NCBI GenBank assembly: GCA_017656185.1
Contig: JACDOK010000002.1
Coordinates: 8,768 to 72,767, forward strand
From: Peptococcaceae bacterium
Lineage (GTDB): Bacteria; Bacillota; Desulfotomaculia; Desulfotomaculales; JACDOK01
Length of the DNA: 64,000 nt
Direction of reading: 5' to 3'
In this document: positions 9,117-18,363 of the stretch, piece after piece
Layout: each line of letters opens with the position of its first letter
Numbering within the stretch: the first letter of the stretch is position 1
Notes under the pieces: generated by a model
Database searches by the model: none
Told to the model about the DNA's origin: nothing
What the model saw: only the letters and a program-made list of their open reading frames with translations
Position numbers and translations under genes: made by a program

Positions 9117-11519
9117 TCACTCCGCCTTCTCCAGACGCCCGACCAAAACCGTAACATCGTCCGGCAAAATCCCGCCGGCGGCATCCTTGGCGTTTTGCAA
9201 AACAGCATTGGCGATTTCGCGTGGTTCCAGGTCAGATAACGTCACCAGCATATTCGCCAGCCAATCCTCTTTGTCCTCATCCCGGTAACAATCCAACACC
9301 CCATCCGTTACCATCACCACAATATCGCCCGCCGTAAGCCCTTTGACCACCGATGATACCTCAATATCCTTAATGATGCCTACCGGTAATGAGGAACTGT
9401 GCACCGTCTGGACTGTCACACCGGATACAATAAAGCTTGGCGCAGAGCCAATTTTAACAAATTCGGTCTTTCCACCGTACAAATCAATTACTGCAATATC
9501 AACAGTGGCAAAACTCTCATCAGGAGCACGCAGCATCAGAATGGAATTCACGGTCTTTACCGCCATATCCTGACCAAATCCCGATTCAAAAAGATGTTCC
9601 AGCAATGAGATCGTAGTACTGCTCTCCAGAGCGGCCTGGGGTCCCACTCCCATTCCGTCACTGAGCAGCATTGCAAACTTACCTTCGCGCATATCAAGCG
9701 TAGCATGAGTGTCCCCGGAGACAGTGTTCCCGGTTTTACACTCCTTGGCTACCCCTATATTAATGCGGTAGCGCAGCGCGGGATGCAGTTTGAAAGCACA
9801 CTCGGAAGCACCTTGCTCCCGGCAGGTACAGTTAGTCGTCGCCACTGTGAAAGGCTGGCCTACCGTTTTTGAGACCAGCGGGGCAACAATATAGCGGCAG
9901 GCCATTTCTCCGCGGCACGGCGGGCGGGAAATCGTTATCTCCAGCTTGCCGTCTTCGCGGGGAGCCGCTTCGATATGGTTCACCGGTATCTCAAGCTGCT
10001 GGAGCTTTTGCCGCAGGACAACGTCCACCTTACCCGCGCGCTCCACGGCACTCGCAAGTTCGGTGGCCATCTGCTGCATAATGTTGGAAAGACCTCGCAA
10101 ATGCTCGGAAAGTACTTCCCGGCTTTCCAACAAACGGCGGTACCAGTAGCGGTTTACTTTGTAAGTTTCGTACAAACAGGTTACAGCAACGGCCAATTCC
10201 TTAATACGCAAGCAGCGCTGCCGCCACCGCCCGGGAAAATTTTCGGGTTTGACAGCCCCCGCCTGGTCAACCGTACCCAGAGCATACATAAGGGTTTGGT
10301 GGGTACGATCTGCTTCACGCTGCCAACAAGTTTTCTGCAGTGCACAATCCTGGCAGATGCGAATGCGTATTTCATTAAAAAGTTCGCGTACCGTCTTATC
10401 ACCCGCCACTTCGGTCCCGGCGGAAGAAACCTGGGCAAACGTACGGGACAATTCGGCAAACATCTTGGACCAGCTGCGGACCCTGCTTTTAACAAGTTCT
10501 TGAATTTTCATACCGGAACTTGCTGCATCCAGGGTGCCGGGCGGCAGCATGCCCCTCACATTTTCCATCCACTTAAGAGGGATGACGGTAAAGGCCACTA
10601 TTGCTATGGCTGCTTCGCTTAATACCCCGGCCAGGCTGGCATAATCATTGATATACACGGCCAGAACAATATTACCGAGAAGAAAGCCCACCGCAACGCC
10701 GGGTTTACCGAACCGGCGGCACACTCCGCCCAAAAATCCGGCAAATGCATATCCCCCCACACCTGCCGGGGCTACCGCATAAGCTACACCGGGGATAACC
10801 CCTACGATGGCACCCGCAGCGGCACCAAGGCCGCCGCCGCCCAGTACAGCGGCCATTAAAACAGCGAATTTACTCAGGATACCTTTTAAGGTTACCCCAT
10901 TGTAGGCCAAACTGCCCGTACCGGCTACCACACCGGCAAGCAGCACCATTAGGCAAAAAAATTCCTCACCCGAGAGCGACCGCACTTTGGGAGTGAAAGC
11001 ATTTATAAAAACGTAGGTCAGCACCCCGGCCATTACACCTTCAAAAAGAACGGCCACATAATCGTACAACAGTGCATCGCTAAAAGCTAAAAACGAAGCC
11101 CGGATGACAACATCCACCGCCAATGTCAAGGACGCAATAACCAGTTTGGGATTGCGCAAGTCACCAGGTACCGTTTTTAAAAGCATTCCTACCGAAGCGG
11201 TAATAACCATCGCCTGGGCCAGGGCCGCCCCGTGAAGCACGGTAGCCTGTCCCAGCAAACAGGCTCCCACAGCCACCCAGGCCCAGCGACCGTAAACGAA
11301 AAGGGCCGCCGCCGCAAATGCCGGGCTGAATGGCCCTAACTCGCCAAGAAGCATCGCCCTTCCCAGAAAGAAGCCCACCAAGCATAGTGCCACCCGCTGC
11401 CAGACCAGTATTTCTTTCAGGAAAGACCACTTCGCGGTTCGCCGGCACGGCTGCACTTTCGCCCAACTCCTGGAGCGTTGGCGATATGTTGTGGTCGGGA
11501 ATTCAGCCACAAAGTTCAC
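9117..11519 (-). CDS. spoIIE: stage II sporulation protein E (PP2C phosphatase, polytopic membrane N-terminus)
   Basis: The 800-aa protein has a multi-TM N-terminal half. It has a C-terminal PP2C domain (SGDTHATLDM..., LLSDGMGVG, MVTDGV). Confidence 0.93.
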   Translation of the reverse strand: MNFVAEFPTTTYRQRSRSWAKVQPCRRTAKWSFLKEILVWQRVALCLVGFFLGRAMLLGELGPFSPAFAAAALFVYGRWAWVAVGACLLGQATVLHGAALAQAMVITASVGMLLKTVPGDLRNPKLVIASLTLAVDVVIRASFLAFSDALLYDYVAVLFEGVMAGVLTYVFINAFTPKVRSLSGEEFFCLMVLLAGVVAGTGSLAYNGVTLKGILSKFAVLMAAVLGGGGLGAAAGAIVGVIPGVAYAVAPAGVGGYAFAGFLGGVCRRFGKPGVAVGFLLGNIVLAVYINDYASLAGVLSEAAIAIVAFTVIPLKWMENVRGMLPPGTLDAASSGMKIQELVKSRVRSWSKMFAELSRTFAQVSSAGTEVAGDKTVRELFNEIRIRICQDCALQKTCWQREADRTHQTLMYALGTVDQAGAVKPENFPGRWRQRCLRIKELAVAVTCLYETYKVNRYWYRRLLESREVLSEHLRGLSNIMQQMATELASAVERAGKVDVVLRQKLQQLEIPVNHIEAAPREDGKLEITISRPPCRGEMACRYIVAPLVSKTVGQPFTVATTNCTCREQGASECAFKLHPALRYRINIGVAKECKTGNTVSGDTHATLDMREGKFAMLLSDGMGVGPQAALESSTTISLLEHLFESGFGQDMAVKTVNSILMLRAPDESFATVDIAVIDLYGGKTEFVKIGSAPSFIVSGVTVQTVHSSSLPVGIIKDIEVSSVVKGLTAGDIVVMVTDGVLDCYRDEDKEDWLANMLVTLSDLEPREIANAVLQNAKDAAGGILPDDVTVLVGRLEKAE

Positions 11520-11579
11520 CCCTAATCCTTAAAGGCTCTCCCATATTATAGAATAAGGATTAGGAAATAAATGTCATAT

Positions 11580-12485
11580 CTAGTAACTTGCACCACCTTT
11601 TTGTTCGACATCTTGTGCCGCATTTAGCGCCAAACCGTAAAGAATATCGGCCTCACTTACCTGTATCTGGTCCCTGTTGAAGACCATCATGGCGTTAAAA
11701 ACTATCCGTACACCCGCCACGATAATGTCCGCCCGCTCCGGCTGCAAGCCCGGTATTCTTTGCCGTTCCTCAAGGGTACACCTTGCCAACTCGTCCAAAA
11801 GCTCTCCCACTCGCCGGCGGGTTAATATATAACCGTGAACCCCGTCGGGATCATAGTGTTCCATCTTCAAGTCAATGGCTGCCAAAGTCGTGCAGGTGCC
11901 ACCCACCCCGACCAATCTCAAAGAGGATAACCGGGAAACCATTTTCGCTACCGGCCTTAGAACTTCGCGCATATTTTCACTGGTACTGCTTTCCAGAGTC
12001 ATTCGTACCGCCCCGAGTGCAAGGCTCTTTTTCTGCAGAACCCCGGCATTTTGCCATACAAATTCGGTACTGCCCCCGCCGACATCCATTACTAAAACCT
12101 GATCCGGTGGCAAAGACAGGCCGGAAACCACTCCCCCAAAGCTGTAAGCGGCTTCTTCGTGCCCATTTATGACACGAACGTCGAAACCGGTTTCTCCTTT
12201 GACAACCTCCACAAATTCATCCCGGTTCGCGGCATCACGCACAGCGCTGGTGGCTACGGCAATCTCCCTGGTCACACCGCTTTCCTGCAAAAGCCCGCGA
12301 TAGCGGCATAGCGTCGTCACCGTACGATTAATGGATTCGGGAAGAAGTATTCCCTCACGGAGCCCGGCGCCGAGACGCGTAGTCTCTAATGCTCTGCGCA
12401 GTGGCCGCACGCGGCCATCCTCTACTTCGGCAATTAATAATCGTGTGGAGTTGGTGCCGATATCTACCGCTCCAACGCGCAACAT
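11580..12485 (-). CDS. ppx: Ppx/GppA family phosphatase
   Basis: The N-terminal AVDIGTNSTRLL actin-like ATPase motif and DVGGGSTE match the Ppx/GppA family. Confidence 0.85.
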   Translation of the reverse strand: MLRVGAVDIGTNSTRLLIAEVEDGRVRPLRRALETTRLGAGLREGILLPESINRTVTTLCRYRGLLQESGVTREIAVATSAVRDAANRDEFVEVVKGETGFDVRVINGHEEAAYSFGGVVSGLSLPPDQVLVMDVGGGSTEFVWQNAGVLQKKSLALGAVRMTLESSTSENMREVLRPVAKMVSRLSSLRLVGVGGTCTTLAAIDLKMEHYDPDGVHGYILTRRRVGELLDELARCTLEERQRIPGLQPERADIIVAGVRIVFNAMMVFNRDQIQVSEADILYGLALNAAQDVEQKGGASY

Positions 12486-12520
12486 ATCACCCCGGTCCTT
12501 CTTGACGTAAGAGTCAACAA

Positions 12521-12580
12521 TAGAGTATACAGTAGAGTATACGGTAGAATATACGGTAGAGTATACGATAGAATATACAA
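12521..12580. repeat. five tandem copies of a 12-bp unit TAGAGTATACNG
   Basis: Copies start at 12521, 12533, 12545, 12557 and 12569. Each contains the palindrome (G/A)TATAC. The array lies in the divergent ppx/hisG intergenic region. Confidence 0.9.
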
Positions 12581-12646
12581 TTGTTTCTAGGGTATTCCTC
12601 GTTATTTAAAAAAATTATCCATGTGAAATGAGGAGGACAAGCAGCA

Positions 12647-13516
12647 TTGAAACTGCGTCTCGGTTTACCGAAAGGGAGCCTGTTGGAACCAACACGACAG
12701 CTTTTTAAGAAGGCTGGTTACCATCTTACCATTAACCACCGCTCGTATTACCCGTCCATCGATGACCCGGACCTGGAAATCCTTTTAATGCGGGCGCAGG
12801 AAATTCCGCGCTACGTGCACCAGGGCGTACTTGACGCCGGCTTGAGCGGTTTGGATTGGATTTTGGAGAATGAAGCCGACGTCGTGGAAGTAGCCGATCT
12901 GGTCTATGCCCGGCAGTCCCAAAAACCAGTAAAACTTGTACTCGCCGTCCATAAAGACAGCCCGGTGCAGCATGTTACAGACTTGCAGGGCAAACGCATC
13001 GCTACCGAGCTTGTCAAGGTCACCAAAAACTATTTGGACCGGCACGGTGTTCAGGCCGCGGTGGAATACTCGTACGGTGCTACCGAAGTCAAGGTTCCGA
13101 ATCTGGTAGATGCCATCGCGGACCTTACGGAAACAGGGGCTTCGCTGCGCGCTAACAACCTGCGCATTGTAGATACCATCCTGGAGTCGACAACCAAACT
13201 CCATGCCAACCCGGCCGCCTGGGAGGACCCGTGGAAACGCGAAAAACTCCAGAACCTGGCCGTACTTTTACTGGGTGCCTTACGAGCCGAACGGAGTGTA
13301 GGATTAAAGATGAACGTCCCGGGAGATAAGATCAAGGATGTCCTGAGCATTCTCCCGGCTATGAAACACCCCACTGTTTCCCAGCTGTACGGCAGCGATT
13401 GGGTCGCTGTTGAAACCATACTCAGCGAGCTGGAGGTTCGTGAGATCATCCCCAAGTTGAGGCGCGCTGGTGCCCAGGATATTATTGAATACCCGCTGAA
13501 TAAGGTGATACCATAA
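12647..13516 (+). CDS. hisG: ATP phosphoribosyltransferase, long form
   Basis: LRLGLPKGSL, the TGxSLxxN region (ETGASLRANNL) and a C-terminal regulatory domain are present (289 aa). The start is TTG with GAGGAGGA upstream. No other his genes are adjacent. Confidence 0.9.
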   Translation: MKLRLGLPKGSLLEPTRQLFKKAGYHLTINHRSYYPSIDDPDLEILLMRAQEIPRYVHQGVLDAGLSGLDWILENEADVVEVADLVYARQSQKPVKLVLAVHKDSPVQHVTDLQGKRIATELVKVTKNYLDRHGVQAAVEYSYGATEVKVPNLVDAIADLTETGASLRANNLRIVDTILESTTKLHANPAAWEDPWKREKLQNLAVLLLGALRAERSVGLKMNVPGDKIKDVLSILPAMKHPTVSQLYGSDWVAVETILSELEVREIIPKLRRAGAQDIIEYPLNKVIP

Positions 13517-13525
13517 ACCTTAGAC

Positions 13526-13556
13526 CAAAAAAACCCGGGGCATGCAACCCCGGGTT
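13526..13556 (-). terminator. rho-independent terminator (minus-strand sense)
   Basis: A 9-bp stem AACCCGGGG/CCCCGGGTT is followed by a U-run only on the minus-strand transcript. On the plus strand it is a hairpin without a U-tail after hisG. Confidence 0.6.
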
Positions 13557-13592
13557 CACCGGTGATCTTTGTCTCAGGAACTAGTTTGGAGC

Positions 13593-13715
13593 TTATTTAT
13601 ACTGGCGGCGCAGGCGTCCGGTGAATTTGGGCAAAAAGTAATACCATAGATCCACCAGGGCCAGCAGCGTTAAACCTAACGCAAACCCGATACCCGTACG
13701 CACCCGCGTACGCAT
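13593..13715 (-). CDS. small hypothetical membrane protein (40 aa), below the ORF-track cutoff
   Basis: My translation is MRTRVRTGIGFALGLTLLALVDLWYYFLPKFTGRLRRQYK. It has an AAAGGAG RBS about 10 nt upstream, one hydrophobic helix flanked by basic residues, and the terminator just downstream. Confidence 0.4.
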   Translation of the reverse strand: MRTRVRTGIGFALGLTLLALVDLWYYFLPKFTGRLRRQYK

Positions 13716-13812
13716 TTTTTTCAATGCTCCTTTCGCTGGTAGATTTGTTACGGTCATCATATTTCATCCCCTAGTTGGTGTTTTCCACTTTTGTGTCCAA
13801 TTCCCTTCCATT

Positions 13813-14151
13813 TTAGTCTTTAATGCTATCGTTAACGGGCTGCTTTTCCTCCGGTACAGGTATGATACGGACTTCGCCCGGCTTTACCAATCCCAGTTTT
13901 TCGCGCGCTTGTTTTTCAATATATGTATCGGATGACAAATACTCCAAGCGATCCCATAATTCCTGGTTTTTTTGCCGCAGCTCGGTTATCCGCTGTTCGG
14001 CGTTCTCGAGTTTATGCTGCATGGTGATAAGCCAGGAAAACTGGGTCGCAAGGGAACCGGCCAAATAACAAAGCAGAACAATCAAAAAGAGAAAAGGGAG
14101 TTTGCTTTTGGATAATTTAAATCTTCTTTTACCCGACCTCGCTTCCATCAT
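13813..14151 (-). CDS. divIC: septum formation initiator DivIC/FtsB family
   Basis: It has a single TM segment, a coiled coil (KLENAEQRITELRQKNQELWDRLEYL) and then YIEKQAREKLGLVKPGE. I place the start at ATG 14151, 9 nt after GGGGGAGG. The track ORF extends to 14193. Confidence 0.85.
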   Translation of the reverse strand: MMEARSGKRRFKLSKSKLPFLFLIVLLCYLAGSLATQFSWLITMQHKLENAEQRITELRQKNQELWDRLEYLSSDTYIEKQAREKLGLVKPGEVRIIPVPEEKQPVNDSIKD

Positions 14152-14377
14152 CGGCCTCATCCTCCCCCTCGTCGAATACACCCAGGATATCACCGGGGAT
14201 CACAATTACGACTTGATAGCCCTTACTGCGGGCACGATTATAAAGAGTAGCCACCGTACTGCTCTTTAACTTTAACCGCCTGGCTACGGCTTCGTTGGAA
14301 AGCCCCTGCTCCTTGAGAACAACGACCTGCTTTTCACGAAAACTAAGCCGCTCGGCACCTCTAATTTCTATTTGCAT
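14129..14377 (-). CDS. small GerE/LuxR-type HTH protein with acidic tail
   Basis: LSFREKQVVVLKEQGLSNEAVARRLKLKSSTVATLYNRARSKG fits the LuxR/GerE HTH pattern. The protein is 82 aa. Confidence 0.6.
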   Translation of the reverse strand: MQIEIRGAERLSFREKQVVVLKEQGLSNEAVARRLKLKSSTVATLYNRARSKGYQVVIVIPGDILGVFDEGEDEADDGSEVG

Positions 14378-14520
14378 AACTTATCCCCGGCCAAACCATA
14401 TCTTTATCCACTGTTTATCCACATATTGTGTACAACTTTAGTACATATTAGGTACAAGGTAAGGACATGTTTTCAACGCCATTCAAAATTTTCCTTCTTT
14501 TTGGAAAAACCTTTTTCATG

Positions 14521-14563
14521 AAAAAAGCCCGGCACTCAGAACTCTTAGTCGCGCACTGAGTGC
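14521..14563 (-). terminator. rho-independent terminator
   Basis: A 9-bp stem GGCACTCAG/CTGAGTGCC is followed on the minus strand by GGGCTTTTTT. Confidence 0.7.
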
Positions 14564-14595
14564 CAGGCCCCTTTCCCCATGCGCTTTACCAAGGG

Positions 14596-14835
14596 TTATA
14601 AACTTTCTGCTCCACCCTTTATCAGTTTTTCCCCCTTGGATGTTAAGATTTTAGCGGCTTTTTCCTGGGCTTTCAGCCAACGCTCTCTCATTTGCTGCAA
14701 GGTCAATCCCGCCTGATGCCACTCTTTGAACCGGCAAAGGCCGCAGACAGGGTGCACGACACCAAACAGGCGACACCAGGCCACGTTCATCTGTTCCCAG
14801 TAGGCCAAATACTTCTTGTTGCATCCGAAACCCAC
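14596..14835 (-). CDS. hypothetical small Cys-containing protein (79 aa)
   Basis: It has its own terminator. It has four Cys including CGLC and a basic C-terminus. I recognise no family. Confidence 0.45.
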   Translation of the reverse strand: MGFGCNKKYLAYWEQMNVAWCRLFGVVHPVCGLCRFKEWHQAGLTLQQMRERWLKAQEKAAKILTSKGEKLIKGGAESL

Positions 14836-15026
14836 AACACCACACTCCTAACTTGCGGCCAGTCAATTGAAATAAGGAACAAGTTATTACAAGTACTTCG
14901 AAAATTATCTATGTACTTAAGTTTTCTCTTTAAAAACACAATTCCCTTCCCCCATAATAAGTTTTATCTTCCATTTATACCCTAAGGCTTGTCCACCCTC
15001 TGTAATCACGAAAAGATCTACTTTTC

Positions 15027-15488
15027 CTATTCTATGCCTTCTCCATCAGGAGTATGGCCGGAACGCTTTGAAGCAAAACGCCTTTTAAGAATACGGGTAA
15101 CTTTCCCGCTAAAACGAAAGGGCCAGGTCAACACCTGCCACGTAAAAGCAAATGGCGCCAGGGTGGCTCGCAACACCCAACCGCCGAAACGGAAGCACTT
15201 TTGCCAAAATATAAATCCGGCACGGGCCAATAACTTTTGATAAAACAAAGTTCCAACAATGATACCCAGGAACACATACCAACGTACTTCGCCCATGTTT
15301 CCTAGGAGCAAAGCCCCAAATACCAGGACGGTAAGTGCGATCCAGAACAACAAATCACCAATGTGCAGGCGCCATTTTTTCAAACGTGCCGTTATCTGGA
15401 TAACACGGTAAAAATCATACAAAAAAGCCGCGCCTATGCCGATTACAATAGTAACCCCGAAGGCCAATAACTGCTCATAAAGAGACAA
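15027..15488 (-). CDS. yabQ: spore cortex biosynthesis protein YabQ
   Basis: It is a multi-TM protein directly after yabP. The N-terminus QLLAFGVTIVIGIGAAFLYDFYRV is typical of YabQ. Confidence 0.85.
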   Translation of the reverse strand: MSLYEQLLAFGVTIVIGIGAAFLYDFYRVIQITARLKKWRLHIGDLLFWIALTVLVFGALLLGNMGEVRWYVFLGIIVGTLFYQKLLARAGFIFWQKCFRFGGWVLRATLAPFAFTWQVLTWPFRFSGKVTRILKRRFASKRSGHTPDGEGIE

Positions 15489-15503
15489 CGTGACACCCCA
15501 CGC

Positions 15504-15782
15504 CTATTTCAAAATCCTGTTCAGAAAACCTTTAGCGCGCTGGCGCCCGCCTTTGGCCGTTTCACTGTATTGAATGCCGCTGAAAAGACCTTCCACCACC
15601 AGCATGCCCTCATCAAGATTAAGCTGGGTGATATGCAGGTCATCTCCGGAAAGGATTAAAAACCCCATATTAGTTTCCAGGTCAATTTGGGCATCTGTAA
15701 AGCTTTCCACTTTCTGTACACCTTCCAATAAGAGCTTTTGGCGTTCGGTTAGTTCCAGTCGATGGCGGCGCTCCACTTCCAT
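15504..15782 (-). CDS. yabP: sporulation protein YabP
   Basis: The YabP/YqfC fold signature is present (LELTERQKLLLEGVQKVESFTD...ILSGDDLHITQLNLDEG...VEG). Confidence 0.9.
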   Translation of the reverse strand: MEVERRHRLELTERQKLLLEGVQKVESFTDAQIDLETNMGFLILSGDDLHITQLNLDEGMLVVEGLFSGIQYSETAKGGRQRAKGFLNRILK

Positions 15783-15933
15783 CTGGATCCCCCCATTGTG
15801 AGAAATGACGGTAGACCTCTCTCTTAATGGATATTCTCATACCCACTTAAAGTATGACAGGAATATTTCGTTCCCCAGCACTCAGCGAGGCTTGTATCTT
15901 GGGCTTATCTGAGTCTACTGATTACTGATTACT

Positions 15934-15963
15934 AAATAAAAAACCGCGCCGGATATGGCGCGG
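15934..15963 (-). terminator. rho-independent terminator after yabO
   Basis: The stem CCGCGCC/GGCGCGG is followed on the minus strand by TTTTTTATTT. Confidence 0.7.
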
Positions 15964-15983
15964 AAGATTAGGCCGATATAAGT

Positions 15984-16229
15984 TTACTTATCCAAATGCC
16001 GGTACAGTGTACCGGCTTCCTTGGCTGGCACGTTGTCTCTGGTTTCTAAAATCTCAAACCGCATTTCTCGGGTCCCAAAGCGAATCGTTACCCGGTCACC
16101 GGGTCGCACCTGTGTACCTGCTTTAGCGACCCGGCCGTTTACGAATACAACCCCCCGTTCACAAGCTTCCTTGGCTAGGGACCGCCTTTTAATAATACGC
16201 GCGGTTTTTAAAAACTTATCCAGCCGCAC
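15984..16229 (-). CDS. yabO: S4-domain RNA-binding protein (YabO/Hsp15-like)
   Basis: MRLDKFLKTARIIKRRSLAKEACERGVVFVNG is a canonical S4 domain. The position after hup and mazG is syntenic. Confidence 0.9.
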   Translation of the reverse strand: MRLDKFLKTARIIKRRSLAKEACERGVVFVNGRVAKAGTQVRPGDRVTIRFGTREMRFEILETRDNVPAKEAGTLYRHLDK

Positions 16230-16238
16230 AACAAATTG

Positions 16239-16514
16239 CTACTTGGCAACAGCGTCCCTGAGAACCTTACCGGCTTTGAAAACGGGCACTCTGGTGGCCG
16301 CAATGGTAATTTCTTCGCCGGTCTGCGGATTTCTACCCTTACGGGCCGCTCTTTCCCGGGATTCGAAAGTGCCGAAACCAACGATCTGCACTTTGTCACC
16401 CTTTTGCAGAACCTCACTGATGGTTTCCAATAGCCCGGCAAGCGCTTTCTCGACATCTTTTTTCGTAAGATTGGTTTTTTCGGCCACAGCGGAAACCAAT
16501 TCTGCTTTATTCAC
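16239..16514 (-). CDS. hup: HU family DNA-binding protein
   Basis: [25 protein letters not shown]...[24 protein letters not shown] is the canonical HU sequence. Confidence 0.96.
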   Translation of the reverse strand: MNKAELVSAVAEKTNLTKKDVEKALAGLLETISEVLQKGDKVQIVGFGTFESRERAARKGRNPQTGEEITIAATRVPVFKAGKVLRDAVAK

Positions 16515-16595
16515 ACTGATCCCTCCTGGATTGTGATTTTGGTTTACCCTTATTCGTTAAGTATGCGTATTTTCCTGCTTTGTAGTAAACTTTTC

Positions 16596-17699
16596 CTAGG
16601 ATTCCTCTAACTTTTTTGCCTCCTCCCACCACCGATCCATCTCTTCCAAGGGAACCAAAGCCAGGTCCCTATTGGTTTTGGTAGCTTTTTGCTCGATGTA
16701 TGTAAAACGACGTTTAAATTTGTCAAGAGTTTGCCTCAGTGCATCTTCCGCGTCAATTTTGTTCAACCGGGCCACATTAACGGCAGCGAACAAAAGGTCA
16801 CCCAGCTCGCTTTTCTGTTCATCGTAACTGCCCCCGGCCAGTACCTGTTCTAGCTCACTCATCTCTTCCCGCAATTTGTCCAGGGCGCCACGGTAATCGG
16901 GCCAGTCAAATCCTACCCGGGCTACCTTGGACTGGACCCGCTCGGCCTGCAGCAGCGCCGGAAGCTGCCGGGGAATACTGTCCAATAAGGAACGCTGCCG
17001 GTCGGGCTTTTGTGCTTTTTCCTCCTGTTTAATTTTTTCCCAGTTCACCAAGACTTCAGACGCGCTGTTTACTTCCGTACTACCAAAAACGTGAGGATGC
17101 CGGCGCACCATTTTCTCGACTATGGTACGTATGACATCGTCAATGTTAAACAAGTCTTTCTCTGATGCTATCTGGGCGTGAAACACTATTTGCAGTAATA
17201 AGTCTCCCAACTCTTCACAAAGACTATGCATATCCCCTTTATCAATAGCCTCTAAAACTTCATATGTTTCTTCAATGAGGTAAGGTTTAAGAGTCTGGTG
17301 AGACTGTTTTTTATCCCACGGGCACCCGTTTTCTCCCCGCAACCTGGCCATAACCTCTACCAGGGGTCGTAAATTGGCACGAACAAAATTATCGGTTGGA
17401 TAATGAATGATAACTAAAGTCAGATCATCAAAACGATCCAGGCTCTCTAGTTCACTTAAAGGGATTTCCATAATTTGCTGGTAATCGGGTATGCCCGCCG
17501 ACTGCACCACCTTGACCGGGTGACAGTCGGGAAGATGCCGTGCCAGCCACCTCTTCACCTCGGCTGCCACCCCTGCATCGGTTATGCCCGTAATAATGGT
17601 ATAATCTTGCATGCTGAGTGACGGCTGCTTGTCCAAATGCCGGGCATTGTAAATATGGATCCCCGGACCCAGTCCTCCAATGGTTATCCTTCGGTCCAT
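16596..17699 (-). CDS. mazG: MazG nucleoside triphosphate pyrophosphohydrolase (YabN-type) with shortened N-terminal methylase-like domain
   Basis: Two MazG repeats are present (CPWDKKQSHQTLKPYLIEETYEVLEAI and GFDWPDYRGALDKLREEMSELE). Only about 110 aa of the N-terminal tetrapyrrole-methylase-like region remain. Confidence 0.88.
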   Translation of the reverse strand: MDRRITIGGLGPGIHIYNARHLDKQPSLSMQDYTIITGITDAGVAAEVKRWLARHLPDCHPVKVVQSAGIPDYQQIMEIPLSELESLDRFDDLTLVIIHYPTDNFVRANLRPLVEVMARLRGENGCPWDKKQSHQTLKPYLIEETYEVLEAIDKGDMHSLCEELGDLLLQIVFHAQIASEKDLFNIDDVIRTIVEKMVRRHPHVFGSTEVNSASEVLVNWEKIKQEEKAQKPDRQRSLLDSIPRQLPALLQAERVQSKVARVGFDWPDYRGALDKLREEMSELEQVLAGGSYDEQKSELGDLLFAAVNVARLNKIDAEDALRQTLDKFKRRFTYIEQKATKTNRDLALVPLEEMDRWWEEAKKLEES

Positions 17700-17802
17700 A
17701 ATCTACCTCCTAACTCCAAAAGAAAATGGCCTTACGGCCAAAAACACGACCCTTTTTAACAAATCCCTGCATCCCAGCCAAACCTTAAACCCAACTGCGG
17801 TA

Positions 17803-18363
17803 CTACTGCTCCATTTGCTTAGCCAAAAAACCCGCCGCCGTCTCTGCCAGTTTCAATTCCAACTGCCCCATTTTGGTACCGGGTTCTTTGGAAATCAACA
17901 TGACAGCGCCAATAGGATCACCTTCGGCAATGATCGGTGCAATCACTTCTGCGGTGTACTTGCATTCCCCGTTTTCAGCCGTAATACATTCTTTGCAGTA
18001 TTCATCTTCACCGGGAGCATTCACCACAATCGCCTTGCGATCCTCCTGCACCTTCTCAACCGCAGGTGATATGGGTTTATTTAGGAATTCTTTTTTGGGT
18101 GCCCCAGCAACAGCAATAATCGTATCACGGTCGGCGATACAAGCAATATGGCCGGTAGCCTCATACAGCGAATCGGCGTACTCCTTAGCAAAATCACCCA
18201 ACTCACCAATCGGTGAGTATTTCTTTAAAATTACTTCGCCGTCCCGGTCAACGAAAATCTCTAACGGATCCCCTTCCCGAATACGTAAAGTCCGTCTGAT
18301 TTCTTTAGGGATTACTACTCTGCCTAGATCGTCGATACGTCGTACAATACCTGTTGCCTTCAT
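17803..18363 (-). CDS. spoVT: stage V sporulation protein T (AbrB-family regulator with GAF-like domain)
   Basis: MKATGIVRRIDDLGRVVIPKEIRRTLRIREGDPLEIF is a SpoVT/AbrB swapped hairpin. I place the start at ATG 18363 after AAAGGAGGGA. The track ORF extends further upstream. Confidence 0.93.
   Translation of the reverse strand: MKATGIVRRIDDLGRVVIPKEIRRTLRIREGDPLEIFVDRDGEVILKKYSPIGELGDFAKEYADSLYEATGHIACIADRDTIIAVAGAPKKEFLNKPISPAVEKVQEDRKAIVVNAPGEDEYCKECITAENGECKYTAEVIAPIIAEGDPIGAVMLISKEPGTKMGQLELKLAETAAGFLAKQMEQ

Noticed and set aside
9975-10622. A 215-aa plus-strand ORF lies inside spoIIE.
   Set aside because: It is antisense to the intact spoIIE CDS and has no recognisable domain.
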